A stretch of 64,000 nucleotides of DNA from Thioalkalivibrio sp. (GTDB lineage Bacteria > Pseudomonadota > Gammaproteobacteria > Ectothiorhodospirales > Ectothiorhodospiraceae). The notes beneath the pieces were generated by a model. The model worked only from the letters and a program-made list of their open reading frames with translations, did not search any database and had not been told where the DNA came from. The position numbers and the translations under genes were made by a program. Location of the stretch: the NCBI GenBank assembly GCA_011389655.1, contig JAABTX010000007.1, positions 11,858 through 75,857 of the forward strand, in the 5' to 3' direction. Shown one piece after another: positions 44,483 to 55,702 of the stretch (position 1 is the first letter of the stretch; each line of letters starts with the position of its first letter).

Positions 44483-45499
44483 TCAGTTTGCCTCGGCGGC
44501 GCGCCAGCGTTCGAAGGTGGGGAACTCCTCGTAGCCGCGGGTCAGCACGAAGTCCATCACGTTGCGCAGACGGTTCAGGGCCACCACGGAGTCGATACGG
44601 ATGATCTCGTTCCCGTTCTCATCAAAGAACACGAGGCTGGGGGCCCAGTGGATGCCCAGCGCCTCGCCCCATTCGCGGGCAGTGGTACGGTCGCCCTGCG
44701 GCGTGATCACCGGGGTCTTCGCGTCGAGATCCAGCTGCACGGCATCGAACAGGCTGATCCTGTCGCGCACCCCATCGTCACTCAGCGGTTCCGAGTGGAG
44801 CACATCGCAGGCGTGACAGGCCTGCCGCTCGAAGAACACGATCAGCGGGCGCTGTGCCGGAATCCGCGAGCGGTCCAGCATGTGCGGAGGACTCTGGAAA
44901 AACTCCTGGTAATTGATGTCATCCGTGTCGAACTTCGGCGGCGGATCCGCACGCGCAAGATACTCGCGGAAGCTGCCCTCCCGGTCGTGGCGGTCGATCA
45001 CGAATTCCAGCGCCGCCCGAAACCGGTACGGCGGATAGTAGCCGCGTATGCGGTGGATCTCCTCGCCGTCGGCATCGAAGAAGCTGAAGGCCGGGGTGAA
45101 GTTCAGTCGCCGTTCCACCGCGAACTGGCGCTCGGTCATGCGCTCGCCATCCAGGGTGATCACCTCGCGGCTGCCCTGCACGTCGAGGGCGATCACGTCG
45201 AAGTGGTCCGAGAAATACTGCCGGATATCGGGCTGGGCGAGGTTGTTGTTGATCATCACCTCGCAGTAGGGGCAGTGATCCATGCCGAAGTAGATTGCGA
45301 GCCCCATCTTGCCGCGATCCACCGCCCGCTCGAGGTCTTCACGGAAATCGAGGAAGCTGAGCTGGAACCACTCGGGCGTGTGCAGCCCGATCTGACGCGG
45401 CGTGTCGTCGATCGCCGGCAGATCCCCGGCATCCGCCGACGCCGCGCTTGCCAGGGACAGCAACAGCAGCATGGCAAGGACCGTCGGCCACTTGGCCAT
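44483..45499 (-). CDS. exported protein with two thioredoxin-like domains
   Basis: Signal peptide (MAKWPTVLAMLLLLSLASAASA). The first Trx-like CxxC is FGMDHCPYCE and the second is FFERQACHACD. The start is the ATG at 45499. Confidence 0.75.
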   Translation of the reverse strand: MAKWPTVLAMLLLLSLASAASADAGDLPAIDDTPRQIGLHTPEWFQLSFLDFREDLERAVDRGKMGLAIYFGMDHCPYCEVMINNNLAQPDIRQYFSDHFDVIALDVQGSREVITLDGERMTERQFAVERRLNFTPAFSFFDADGEEIHRIRGYYPPYRFRAALEFVIDRHDREGSFREYLARADPPPKFDTDDINYQEFFQSPPHMLDRSRIPAQRPLIVFFERQACHACDVLHSEPLSDDGVRDRISLFDAVQLDLDAKTPVITPQGDRTTAREWGEALGIHWAPSLVFFDENGNEIIRIDSVVALNRLRNVMDFVLTRGYEEFPTFERWRAAEAN

Positions 45500-45658
45500 C
45501 CCACTCCGAATTCCAGAACACATCTTCCGATCTTCCGCCATCTGTAACTGACACCCCCGCCAAACGCTTCTGCCGGAGGGCACCGGGCACCTCCGATAAG
45601 GGTAGACCGGCGAGGCTCGAGCATCCCGATGCAAGACGGCACGGCATCGCCAGTTACC

Positions 45659-47423
<1,765 letters not shown>

Positions 47424-47747
47424 CTGTCCATTGGCGTGGATCACTGGGTGCGTCCCCCGGGGAGCACGCGGCGGCCAGGGTGCAGCATACAACGGACGCA
47501 GCGCATGCTGAATCCGCCCGGACCCGTCGCGGGCGCGCAGGGCCATTGCGGGGCACTTCCGCCAGGAGATCGCCGCCACCGTAACAAGGTACAATTCCCG
47601 CCCGATGCCTGCCGCACAACTGTGGACCAGACGGAATCCGCCCCATTCCCGGGACGTGCACTTACAGTCCGAATTCGATAAACCCTTGATAAACAAAAAC
47701 CGTCATTCCTTCGGTGCGCTCCGCCCGTCATCCTGCGAGACGCGGCC

Positions 47748-49544
47748 GTGACCACGACCACCAGGCAGGCCGCGGAGCTCCCGTTGCAGCGACCGCGTGA
47801 TCGGGATTTCTGGCAGCTCTACCGGCGCATCCTCGAATACGTGCGGCCACACTGGCGCCTGGGACTGCTGGCCATCGCCTTCATGATCCTGGCCGGCGCG
47901 GCCCAGGCAGCGTTCGCCTGGATCGTGCAGCCGCTGGTCGACGGCACCTTCATCGAGCGGGACCCGGCCGCGCGCCGCTGGGTTCCGCTCGCACTGGTCG
48001 GCATCTTCCTGTTTCACGGGCTGACGATGTTTGCGTCCGACTACAGCGTCGCGTCGGTGGGCAAACGAGTCGTCCTTGCGATCCGCCAGGCCACGTTCGA
48101 GAAGTACCTGCGGCTCCCGACGGGCTATTTCGATTCCGCGTCGCCGGGCACGCTGCTGGCCAAGCTCACCTATAACGTGAACGCGATCGCCAGCGCGGCG
48201 TCCCAGGCGGTCGTGACCCTGGTGCGCGACAGCTTCGCGATCATCTTTCTCTTGGGCTACATGATCTACCTGAGTCCCTGGCTGACCTTCATCGCGCTGT
48301 CGCTGGGTCCCGCCATCTTCGCGGTGATCGGAATCGCAAACCGGCGGTTCCGCAAGACGGCCCGCCGCCTGCAGGACTCGGTGGGCCGGTTCGCACAGGT
48401 TGCCGAGGACGGCATCCGAGCCCACACGGAAATCAAGATCTTCGGCGCCGCCGATAATGAGGCGAGACGCTTCGGAGAGATCAACGAGAGGAACCGCCGC
48501 CACGAGATGAAGTACGTCGCCATCAAGGCGATCAGCCAGCCCATGGTGCAGTTGCTGGCAGTGATCGCGCTGGCCGCAGTACTGTTTCTCGCGACCTCGG
48601 ACCGGGTGATGGCACACCTGACCCCGGGTGGGCTGCTGTCATTCGTCACCGCGATGCTGCTGGTGATGCCCTCGCTGAAGCGACTGGTCAACGTCAACTC
48701 CCAGATCCAGATGGCGCTGGCAGCGAGCGAGAGCATCTTCGAGATCCTTGATCATCCGTCGGAGCCCGATCAGGGAAGACGGCCGCTGGAACGTGCCAGA
48801 GGCGAGATCCGGTTCGAGGGCGTGACCTTTGGCTACGATCCGGAAAATCCGGTGCTGAAGGACATCGATCTGATCATCCACCCGGGCCAGACGGTGGCGC
48901 TGGTAGGGCGTTCAGGCAGCGGAAAGAGCACGCTGGTGCGGCTGCTGCCGAGGTTCTACGAGCCTCAGCGGGGCCGCATCCTCCTGGACGGACACCCCAT
49001 CCAGGAATACCGCCTGGCCGATCTGCGGTCGCAGATCTCGCTGGTCAGCCAGCATATCGTGCTGTTCAACGACACGGTGGCCAACAACATCGGATACGGA
49101 GCCGCCGAACCGCCTTCGCCGGAACAACTGGAAAAGGCGGCCCGCGATGCGAATGCGCTGGATTTCATCAACACCCTGCCAGAGCGCTTCGACACGATGA
49201 TCGGCGAAAATGGCGTGATGCTGTCGGGCGGACAGCGACAGCGGGTTGCGATTGCCCGCGCCCTGATCAAGGACGCGCCCCTGCTGATTCTCGACGAGGC
49301 GACCTCGGCCCTCGACTCCGAGTCCGAGAGACTGATACAGGAAGCGATGGAACACCTGATGCGGGGACGCACGACCCTGGTGATCGCGCATCGCCTTTCC
49401 ACCATCCAGAATGCAGACCTGATCAGCGTCCTGGACCACGGGCAGATCGTGGAGAGCGGCAGCCACGGGGCGCTTCTGGAACTGGGCGCCATCTACGCTG
49501 ACCTGTACGAACTTCACACTCGACGCGAGGCGGGAGGCGGCTGA
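47748..49544 (+). CDS. msbA: lipid A export ABC transporter MsbA
   Basis: Six-TM ABC exporter domain, Walker A GRSGSGKST, signature LSGGQRQR and Walker B LLILDEATSALD. It is followed by lpxL. Confidence 0.92.
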   Translation: MTTTTRQAAELPLQRPRDRDFWQLYRRILEYVRPHWRLGLLAIAFMILAGAAQAAFAWIVQPLVDGTFIERDPAARRWVPLALVGIFLFHGLTMFASDYSVASVGKRVVLAIRQATFEKYLRLPTGYFDSASPGTLLAKLTYNVNAIASAASQAVVTLVRDSFAIIFLLGYMIYLSPWLTFIALSLGPAIFAVIGIANRRFRKTARRLQDSVGRFAQVAEDGIRAHTEIKIFGAADNEARRFGEINERNRRHEMKYVAIKAISQPMVQLLAVIALAAVLFLATSDRVMAHLTPGGLLSFVTAMLLVMPSLKRLVNVNSQIQMALAASESIFEILDHPSEPDQGRRPLERARGEIRFEGVTFGYDPENPVLKDIDLIIHPGQTVALVGRSGSGKSTLVRLLPRFYEPQRGRILLDGHPIQEYRLADLRSQISLVSQHIVLFNDTVANNIGYGAAEPPSPEQLEKAARDANALDFINTLPERFDTMIGENGVMLSGGQRQRVAIARALIKDAPLLILDEATSALDSESERLIQEAMEHLMRGRTTLVIAHRLSTIQNADLISVLDHGQIVESGSHGALLELGAIYADLYELHTRREAGGG

Positions 49545-49548
49545 CCCG

Positions 49549-50484
49549 GTGGCAACCCCGCGCAATGGCCAACTCCGCCACCCGGGAAACTGGGGTCAGG
49601 GAATCGCGCTTGGTGTGCTCTGGCTGATCGCCCGGCTGCCATGGAGATGGGCAGTGGCACTCGGCACCGGCCTCGGCCGGGTCCTCTACCACGTGGCCCG
49701 GGACCGCCGTTACGTCGCGCGGCGCAACCTGGAGCTGTGTTTCCCGGAACTCACTGCCGAACAGCGGGAGCACTGGGTGAAGGAGAACTTCGGTTACACC
49801 GGCCGCGGGCTGGCTGAACTGGCCCTCGGGTGGTTCGGTGGACCGGCGATTGACCGGATTCCCTGCTCCTTCCAGGGCTTCGAACACCTGCAGGCCGCGC
49901 TCGAGGATGGGCAACCGGTGCTCCTGCTCTCGGGACACTTCTGCTGCGTCGAGCTCGCGGCACGGTTCTTCGGGCAGGATCACCAAATGGCTGCCATCTA
50001 CAAGCCGATCAACAAGAAGCCTCTCTTCGACCAGGTCATGCGCAGGGCCCGCGAGCGCAACGCGGGGGCTGCGGTCGCGCGTAACGACATACGCGGCATG
50101 CTCCGGCACATGAAGTCGGGCGTACCCCTCTGGTATGCCGGCGACCAGCACGTGCGGGGCGCCGAGACGGTGTTTGCGCCATTCTTCGGTGTGCCTGTCG
50201 CGACCACCAACAGCCTCCCGCGTCTCGCGCAACTCGGCAAGGCCCGTGTGCTGCCGATCTTTTACCGCGTCGCAGCGGAGGGCGCCGGGTATCGGATCAC
50301 CATCGGCCCGCCACTGGAAGACTACCCGTCGGGTGACCTTCTACAGGATGTGACAAGGATGAACGCGGTGGTTGAGTCGGCAGTCCGCGACTGTCCGACC
50401 CAGTACTTCTGGGTACACCGGCGGTTCAAAAGCCTGGCCACTGGCCAGGAGCCGTACCGGAATACCGGTGAACGCAGACATTGA
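49549..50484 (+). CDS. lpxL: lipid A biosynthesis lauroyl/myristoyl acyltransferase (LpxL/LpxM family)
   Basis: RRNLELCFPE, LLLSGHFCCVELA (HX4E/D) and QYFWVHRRFK. Confidence 0.85.
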   Translation: MATPRNGQLRHPGNWGQGIALGVLWLIARLPWRWAVALGTGLGRVLYHVARDRRYVARRNLELCFPELTAEQREHWVKENFGYTGRGLAELALGWFGGPAIDRIPCSFQGFEHLQAALEDGQPVLLLSGHFCCVELAARFFGQDHQMAAIYKPINKKPLFDQVMRRARERNAGAAVARNDIRGMLRHMKSGVPLWYAGDQHVRGAETVFAPFFGVPVATTNSLPRLAQLGKARVLPIFYRVAAEGAGYRITIGPPLEDYPSGDLLQDVTRMNAVVESAVRDCPTQYFWVHRRFKSLATGQEPYRNTGERRH

Positions 50485-50574
50485 GTCGCCCCCGCACACC
50501 CCGCGGGTCCTTCTCGCATTGAACCAGGCATCATGGTTGATGCCGCCGACAGTGCTCCAGCCTCCGGCGCCCAG

Positions 50575-51462
50575 TCACTTGCTGGTTCGTCGCTCCTGCG
50601 CCTTCCGCATACCCCCGCGCAGGCGCGCTTCCACAGCGCCCGCGTACCGGCCCTTTGCCACATGACGAATTCGATAGACTCCAGCCACATTGAGGGGAAG
50701 ACCCGGGGTATCCAGCAACCAGCGGAACACCCGATCCTCGTAGCACTTGGCGAATCGCTGCACCGGCTCCTGCAGGACCGGAATATCACGACAATACCCA
50801 AGCGCGCGCGCGACATCGCCGTGGGTGATCTGTACCGGGCCGGTCGCGCGCGAAAGCTCTCGCTCGGTAAACCGCTCGGCATCCATGGTCCGCAGGGACC
50901 ATCGCGACCCCGGCCTGAGCATCGGATCATCTTCGGCCAGCAATGTCGTGACCCGCTCGGACCGAGGAAACACAAGCGGATCGCGCCGGCCCTGCAGGGC
51001 CTCGACCAGGCTATCCAGACAGCCGGGACCAAACACCACATCACAGTCGGTGAACCAGACCCAATCCGCGTCACTCTGCAGAGCGGCGCGGTTACGTCCA
51101 ATGCTGCGGCGAAAAAGGTATGAAGGCGGGAGCTCCTGCCAGTTCCAGCGCACACCGGGAACCCCGTGTCCACCGATAAAATCCAGCAAGTCCCGTGTCG
51201 CGGCGTCTTCACTGGCGTAGAAGACCGTCATCGTGATTTCTGCGTGCTCAGGCGGGTCCAGGACCAGCGAACTGAGCTGGTAGACCAGCAAGTGGCTGTA
51301 CTTCCAGCAATGGCTCACGACCTCGATACGGAGCGGTCCGGTCCGGGCGTGCCGGGTGGGTTCAGGCGGCACACTCCGCAATAGCCACCGCTTCGGCAGC
51401 CAGCCGCTGGCGGCGAAGCGCCAGAAGTGCACCCGTGATGCATCGAAGAGATCCTTCAGCAT
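50575..51462 (-). CDS. glycosyltransferase-like protein (GT-A-like, DXD)
   Basis: VVSHCWKYSHLL...WVWFTDCDVVF suggests a GT-A fold with a DXD motif. I am not sure of the family. Confidence 0.5.
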   Translation of the reverse strand: MLKDLFDASRVHFWRFAASGWLPKRWLLRSVPPEPTRHARTGPLRIEVVSHCWKYSHLLVYQLSSLVLDPPEHAEITMTVFYASEDAATRDLLDFIGGHGVPGVRWNWQELPPSYLFRRSIGRNRAALQSDADWVWFTDCDVVFGPGCLDSLVEALQGRRDPLVFPRSERVTTLLAEDDPMLRPGSRWSLRTMDAERFTERELSRATGPVQITHGDVARALGYCRDIPVLQEPVQRFAKCYEDRVFRWLLDTPGLPLNVAGVYRIRHVAKGRYAGAVEARLRGGMRKAQERRTSK

Positions 51463-51832
51463 TTTGCGCTACCCAACCAGGGTTCTCCTTCACGGCACTC
51501 CCGTGACAGTCTGCCAGAGACATCGGCGCGACCACGGAACCTGGTGCCCGATTCCGTACACGACCGCCCATGAATCTTCAGCAGCGCCATGCCTGAGCAT
51601 CTGGCGCGCCCGGAAATCCACCCTCGGTCAGCGCGGAATCATTGGATCATTCCCGATCCTACCGACCCATAAACCAGGACACCAGCACCGCCCATCCGCC
51701 TGCTCGAACACCGCCACAGTGTCGTGCACGCAGGGCTGTCATGCGATAATGCGTGATATTTCTCGCCAAAAACGCCGGGAGAGCGGCTGTAGCCTTCCGA
51801 ACGCCAGCCGGGCTGTCAACTCACGAGTCTGC

Positions 51833-52711
51833 ATGAAGATTTCGGTCATCCTCACCACCTACAACGCCACCGCTTGGCTGGAGAAGGTGCTGTGGGGCTA
51901 CGCGGCCCAGCACTTCACTGACTTCGAACTCGTGATCGCGGATGACGGGTCCAGCAAAGACACCCTCGACCTCATCGACCGGCTCCGCGGCGAGCTGGCA
52001 CTGGACATCCAGCACGTGTGGCAGCCGGACCGGGGCTTCCGGAAGTGCCGCATCCTGAACAAGGCCATCCTGAACGCACGTTACGAATACCTGGTTTTCA
52101 GCGATGGCGACTGCATCCCGCGCCAGGACTTTCTCGCGGTGCACGCCGCGCGCGCGCAGCGGGGTACCTATCTGTCTGGAAGCTACTACAAGCTGCCGAT
52201 GAAAACGAGCGAGGCAATCCGACGCGAGCACATCGAGTCCGGCCGGTGTTTTGACCGGACCTGGCTGATGGCGCACGGCCTGCCGCGATCCAGCAGACAA
52301 TGGAAGCTTAGCGCCTCGCCAGGAATGGCCCGCTGGCTCAACCGTCTCGACCCCACCCGATGCAACTTCAAGGGATCCAATGGCTCCGCCTGGCTGCAGG
52401 ACGTGATGGCGATCAACGGCTTCAACGAGGATATGCACTACGGCGGACTCGACCGAGAGTTCGGCGTGCGACTGGCCAACCTGGGCATCAAGCCGGTTCC
52501 GGTCCGCTACGACGCCATCGTGCTGCATCTCGATCATCCACGCGGCTACCGGGATCCGAATCAGATGGCGGCCAATAAGGAACTTCGGCTGGACATGCAG
52601 CGCCGGGGTCGCACCCGCACCACCCACGGCATCGCGGAGTTACTGACCGAGGGCTACCCGGTCGCCGACGTTGCCGCTGCGCGGCGGCATCTGGCGCTTC
52701 TCCAGCAATGA
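51833..52711 (+). CDS. family 2 glycosyltransferase
   Basis: MKISVILTTYNATAWLEKVL...ELVIADDGSSKDT...LVFSDGDCIP. The start is the ATG at 51833; the track ORF starts at 51356. Confidence 0.8.
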   Translation: MKISVILTTYNATAWLEKVLWGYAAQHFTDFELVIADDGSSKDTLDLIDRLRGELALDIQHVWQPDRGFRKCRILNKAILNARYEYLVFSDGDCIPRQDFLAVHAARAQRGTYLSGSYYKLPMKTSEAIRREHIESGRCFDRTWLMAHGLPRSSRQWKLSASPGMARWLNRLDPTRCNFKGSNGSAWLQDVMAINGFNEDMHYGGLDREFGVRLANLGIKPVPVRYDAIVLHLDHPRGYRDPNQMAANKELRLDMQRRGRTRTTHGIAELLTEGYPVADVAAARRHLALLQQ

Positions 52712-53538
52712 AGAAGGACATCCAGCTACAGCCTGATTTGCCATTTGGCCACTTCGCGCCAACCGGCATCCGCGCTGTCATGCTCCGCCTTTGTCACCGT
52801 CTGCCGGCGACAATGCCCGGAGGGAGATCGCTCAACAAATTACTGCGCTCGCCACTCAAACACGGACAATTGCGCCAGTTCGACGTCACGTACAAGGGCT
52901 TGAAGCTTCGCCTCCGAACCCGCGGCAACTACTGCGAACTTCGCCAACTCTTCGCCCCGCAATATTACGATGTCGAGGAAATCGACTGGCTGTGTGCGGA
53001 ACTTGCCGAGGGCGGCTGCTTTGTGGATATCGGGGGAAACATCGGGCTTTACAGTCTCCACGTCGGCCATCGTTGCGGACCGAGATCCCGAATCATCGCC
53101 GTGGAGCCGGAACCAGGACTCACCGAACGCATGCAGTTCAATGCACGCAACAACGGCATCCAGATCGAGTTGGCTGTCCGCGCACTCAGCGACTATTCGG
53201 GCGTGGGCACATTGCATTCTGGTGGGCATCAGAGTGGCGAAAACACCCTGATTCCTGGTGCAAACGGCGTCACTGTGCCCGTCACCACGCTTCTGGAGCT
53301 CTGTGACGAACTGGGAATCAAAGACATACGCGCGCTGAAGATCGACATCGAAGGGCATGAAGAACGGGTCCTGGCCTCATTCTTCGACCAAGCGCCGCGA
53401 AGCCTGTGGCCGCAGGCCATTGTGATCGAGCACACAACCCATGCCAACCGGATTATCCAACGTCTTGAGCGTGATCTTGGATATACGCAGGTGGGGCGGA
53501 CCCGCCGTAACATGCTGCTGCGGCTTGGCAAACAATAA
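52708..53538 (+). CDS. FkbM family methyltransferase
   Basis: FVDIGGNIGLYS SAM-binding motif and ALKIDIEGHEERVL. The start overlaps the upstream stop as ATGA. Confidence 0.85.
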   Translation: MKKDIQLQPDLPFGHFAPTGIRAVMLRLCHRLPATMPGGRSLNKLLRSPLKHGQLRQFDVTYKGLKLRLRTRGNYCELRQLFAPQYYDVEEIDWLCAELAEGGCFVDIGGNIGLYSLHVGHRCGPRSRIIAVEPEPGLTERMQFNARNNGIQIELAVRALSDYSGVGTLHSGGHQSGENTLIPGANGVTVPVTTLLELCDELGIKDIRALKIDIEGHEERVLASFFDQAPRSLWPQAIVIEHTTHANRIIQRLERDLGYTQVGRTRRNMLLRLGKQ

Positions 53539-53731
53539 TCACATTCCAGCCACTTCACCCGCAAAGGGCAATCGGTCTCAGACCGGGAACCCTAGGCTTG
53601 GCCAATGCCGCCATTGGGCCCAACCCGAAGAATCGGATTTCAGGATTACTGGTGTCGCGGGAGGTGGACGGCGAGAGCATCCAGCAGCCGTTCCCAAGCA
53701 GCTGCGCCGCCGTACCGTGCAGACTGGCTGC

Positions 53732-54655
53732 TCAGCGCTTGCCTCCTGCAAGGCACCGTTTCAGGAACAGCTCGCCGCGGTTGAGGTGCTTGAGCAGACT
53801 TGCGCCCTGCAGCGGGTCGTAGACCCAGGGCTTGTCGAGCTCGCCGTCCGCGATGGTCAGGAAGTCTTCGGCGACCGGCAGCAGTGGCGCCGGCGCATGC
53901 CGCAGGCGCTCCACCACTGCTGGATCGAGGTCACGGAACGGATGAAAACCGCAGCGGCGCCGGCGCTCGGCCCAGCGCAGCGCCAGCGTCTTGGTCTTGC
54001 CGCGATAGGCGGGTCCATTGGGCAGCCACATCAGAAAGGGGCAGCGCAGATACCCCATTGGCCCGAAATGCATGGCCGCCTGGGCACTGTTGGCCGGCTC
54101 GCCAATCCGAAAGCGCCAGCCCGCTGCCCGCAACCGGTCGGCGCGGGACAGGCAGATATCCGAATAGTGCACGCCTGCGCTCCGTCGGCTCGGGCGCGGA
54201 CAGAAAAGCTGGAGCCGCGCATCGTAGCCAAAGTCGATGCGCCGTCGGCCCCGGCGGGAGATGCCGCGGATGAAGGCAGGCGAGAGGAACCCGAGTTCCG
54301 GCCGAGCTGCAAAGCAGGCGGCGATCGTGCGGTAGTCCTCGTCGCTCAGGGCGCGCACCATCTGGGTATCGTCCTGGGTGAAGCAGACGAACTCGTTATC
54401 GGCCGCTGACTCCAGCGCCGCCTGCATATTGCCGTACAGCCCGCCGAGCTTGTGGCGGGTCGTCTCCCCGGCGCGCACCACTCGATGGCGGATCGCAATA
54501 TCCTCGAGCACGGCGCAAGTAGCCGGATCGCTGCTGCAGTCGTCAAACACGACGATGGGCGCGCCTGGCGCGCTCCGCTCGATGGAATGCACACAATTGG
54601 CCAGGAACTGGCCCCGATTGTAGGAGAAGACGAAGAATCGCAGATTATCGTTCAT
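53732..54655 (-). CDS. glycosyltransferase-like protein (GT2-like N-terminus)
   Basis: FFVFSYNRGQFLANCVHSIERSAPGAPIVVFDDCSSD...FTQDD. Confidence 0.55.
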   Translation of the reverse strand: MNDNLRFFVFSYNRGQFLANCVHSIERSAPGAPIVVFDDCSSDPATCAVLEDIAIRHRVVRAGETTRHKLGGLYGNMQAALESAADNEFVCFTQDDTQMVRALSDEDYRTIAACFAARPELGFLSPAFIRGISRRGRRRIDFGYDARLQLFCPRPSRRSAGVHYSDICLSRADRLRAAGWRFRIGEPANSAQAAMHFGPMGYLRCPFLMWLPNGPAYRGKTKTLALRWAERRRRCGFHPFRDLDPAVVERLRHAPAPLLPVAEDFLTIADGELDKPWVYDPLQGASLLKHLNRGELFLKRCLAGGKR

Positions 54656-55623
54656 GAGTCCGAGCTCGCCGGGGATGCCCGGGAGTCCTCGAGCAGGGAC
54701 AGGATCAGCGGTGCGTATCCGGCGGCGCCCCAGAGTTGGCGCCCGCTGCTCTGGGAGTGGATGGTCACGTAGTGGCTGTCGGGATCGCGCAGCAGCTCCT
54801 CGAAGCGCACGCGCACCATCGCCGGATCACTGGCATCGAAGATATAGCGACCGTAACGGTTTGTTTGCCAGTCAACGCCCTGGGAGGGCGGGAACGCGCG
54901 CAGGAACATCCGGTAGCTGCCGAATTCCGACCATCGGCGCGGTGGCTGAGCGAGCAGCACTTCCCACCAGGGCCGACCGTAGCGGCGCTCCAACCAGCTG
55001 AGCATCTTGCGCAGGGTCGGGGCATGGAAGACAAAGGGCGTGTCGAAATAGGTGTCCACCGCCGCGTCGGCGGCGAACGGCTGCCCGAACAGGGCATGAG
55101 CCTGGCGGTTCCATTTGGCCACCTTGCCGATGACCTCGGCGGCCGGCGTCCAGTGCTCAAGGCAGACGATCCGCTCGGGATGGAGAAAATCGTCGGGGCG
55201 CGCGTGGCGGGTGACCACCACGTCGGAGTCCAACGCGACAACGGTGTCGATCTCGCTGGCGGCCGCCACCGCAAGCTTGGTTATCTGCTGCACGTGCCAG
55301 CCGGTGTGGGCGACCCAGCGCGGCCGGCCCGTATAACGGGCCACGCTGCCCATCAGGCGCGTGGCGCCGCGCCCCAGCCGCCTCTGCCACCGCCGCCCCC
55401 GCTGCCGCAGTGACTCGACATCGCCAGGCAGTACGTCGCGCGTTGCGACCAGCCGCACGGCGGGCCCGGTGAAGGCGCGGAAGAGCTCGAGGTCCTCGGT
55501 CTGCACGACCACATGGTGCGGAGTCGCCGCGAGCGTCGAGCGCTCGAGCGACGCCCGCATCAGCTCGAAATGCGCCCGATCTCCCGACCAGGTGGGGGTG
55601 AGCAGGCAAAGATCTTCGCTCAT
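54652..55623 (-). CDS. hypothetical protein of the LPS cluster
   Basis: It is translationally coupled to the downstream GT-like gene (4-nt overlap). It has a VVALDSDVV DXD-like motif, but I did not confidently recognise a family. The start is the ATG at 55623. Confidence 0.45.
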   Translation of the reverse strand: MSEDLCLLTPTWSGDRAHFELMRASLERSTLAATPHHVVVQTEDLELFRAFTGPAVRLVATRDVLPGDVESLRQRGRRWQRRLGRGATRLMGSVARYTGRPRWVAHTGWHVQQITKLAVAAASEIDTVVALDSDVVVTRHARPDDFLHPERIVCLEHWTPAAEVIGKVAKWNRQAHALFGQPFAADAAVDTYFDTPFVFHAPTLRKMLSWLERRYGRPWWEVLLAQPPRRWSEFGSYRMFLRAFPPSQGVDWQTNRYGRYIFDASDPAMVRVRFEELLRDPDSHYVTIHSQSSGRQLWGAAGYAPLILSLLEDSRASPASSDS

Positions 55624-55702
55624 CTCCTTGACTCCGACACGGTCACTGCGCGCGGTCAGGATGGGCCGCAATGGATCGGCTCGGCACGGCGCCTATCTGC
55701 CG

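Noticed and set aside
47424-47747. A possible fluoride (crcB-motif) riboswitch upstream of crcB.
   Set aside because: I read both strands against the fluoride-riboswitch architecture: P1 GGCGAUG..CGCC, AAAC linker, P2 hairpin, UGAUG plus pseudoknot. A GGCGG...CCGC stem exists on the crcB strand about 140 nt upstream, but the pseudoknot partner and the conserved linker are absent. The plus-strand GGAGAUC...GUAAC...GAUGCC resemblance lacks a pairing P1 and is on the wrong strand. A covariance-model scan (Rfam crcB model) would settle it.
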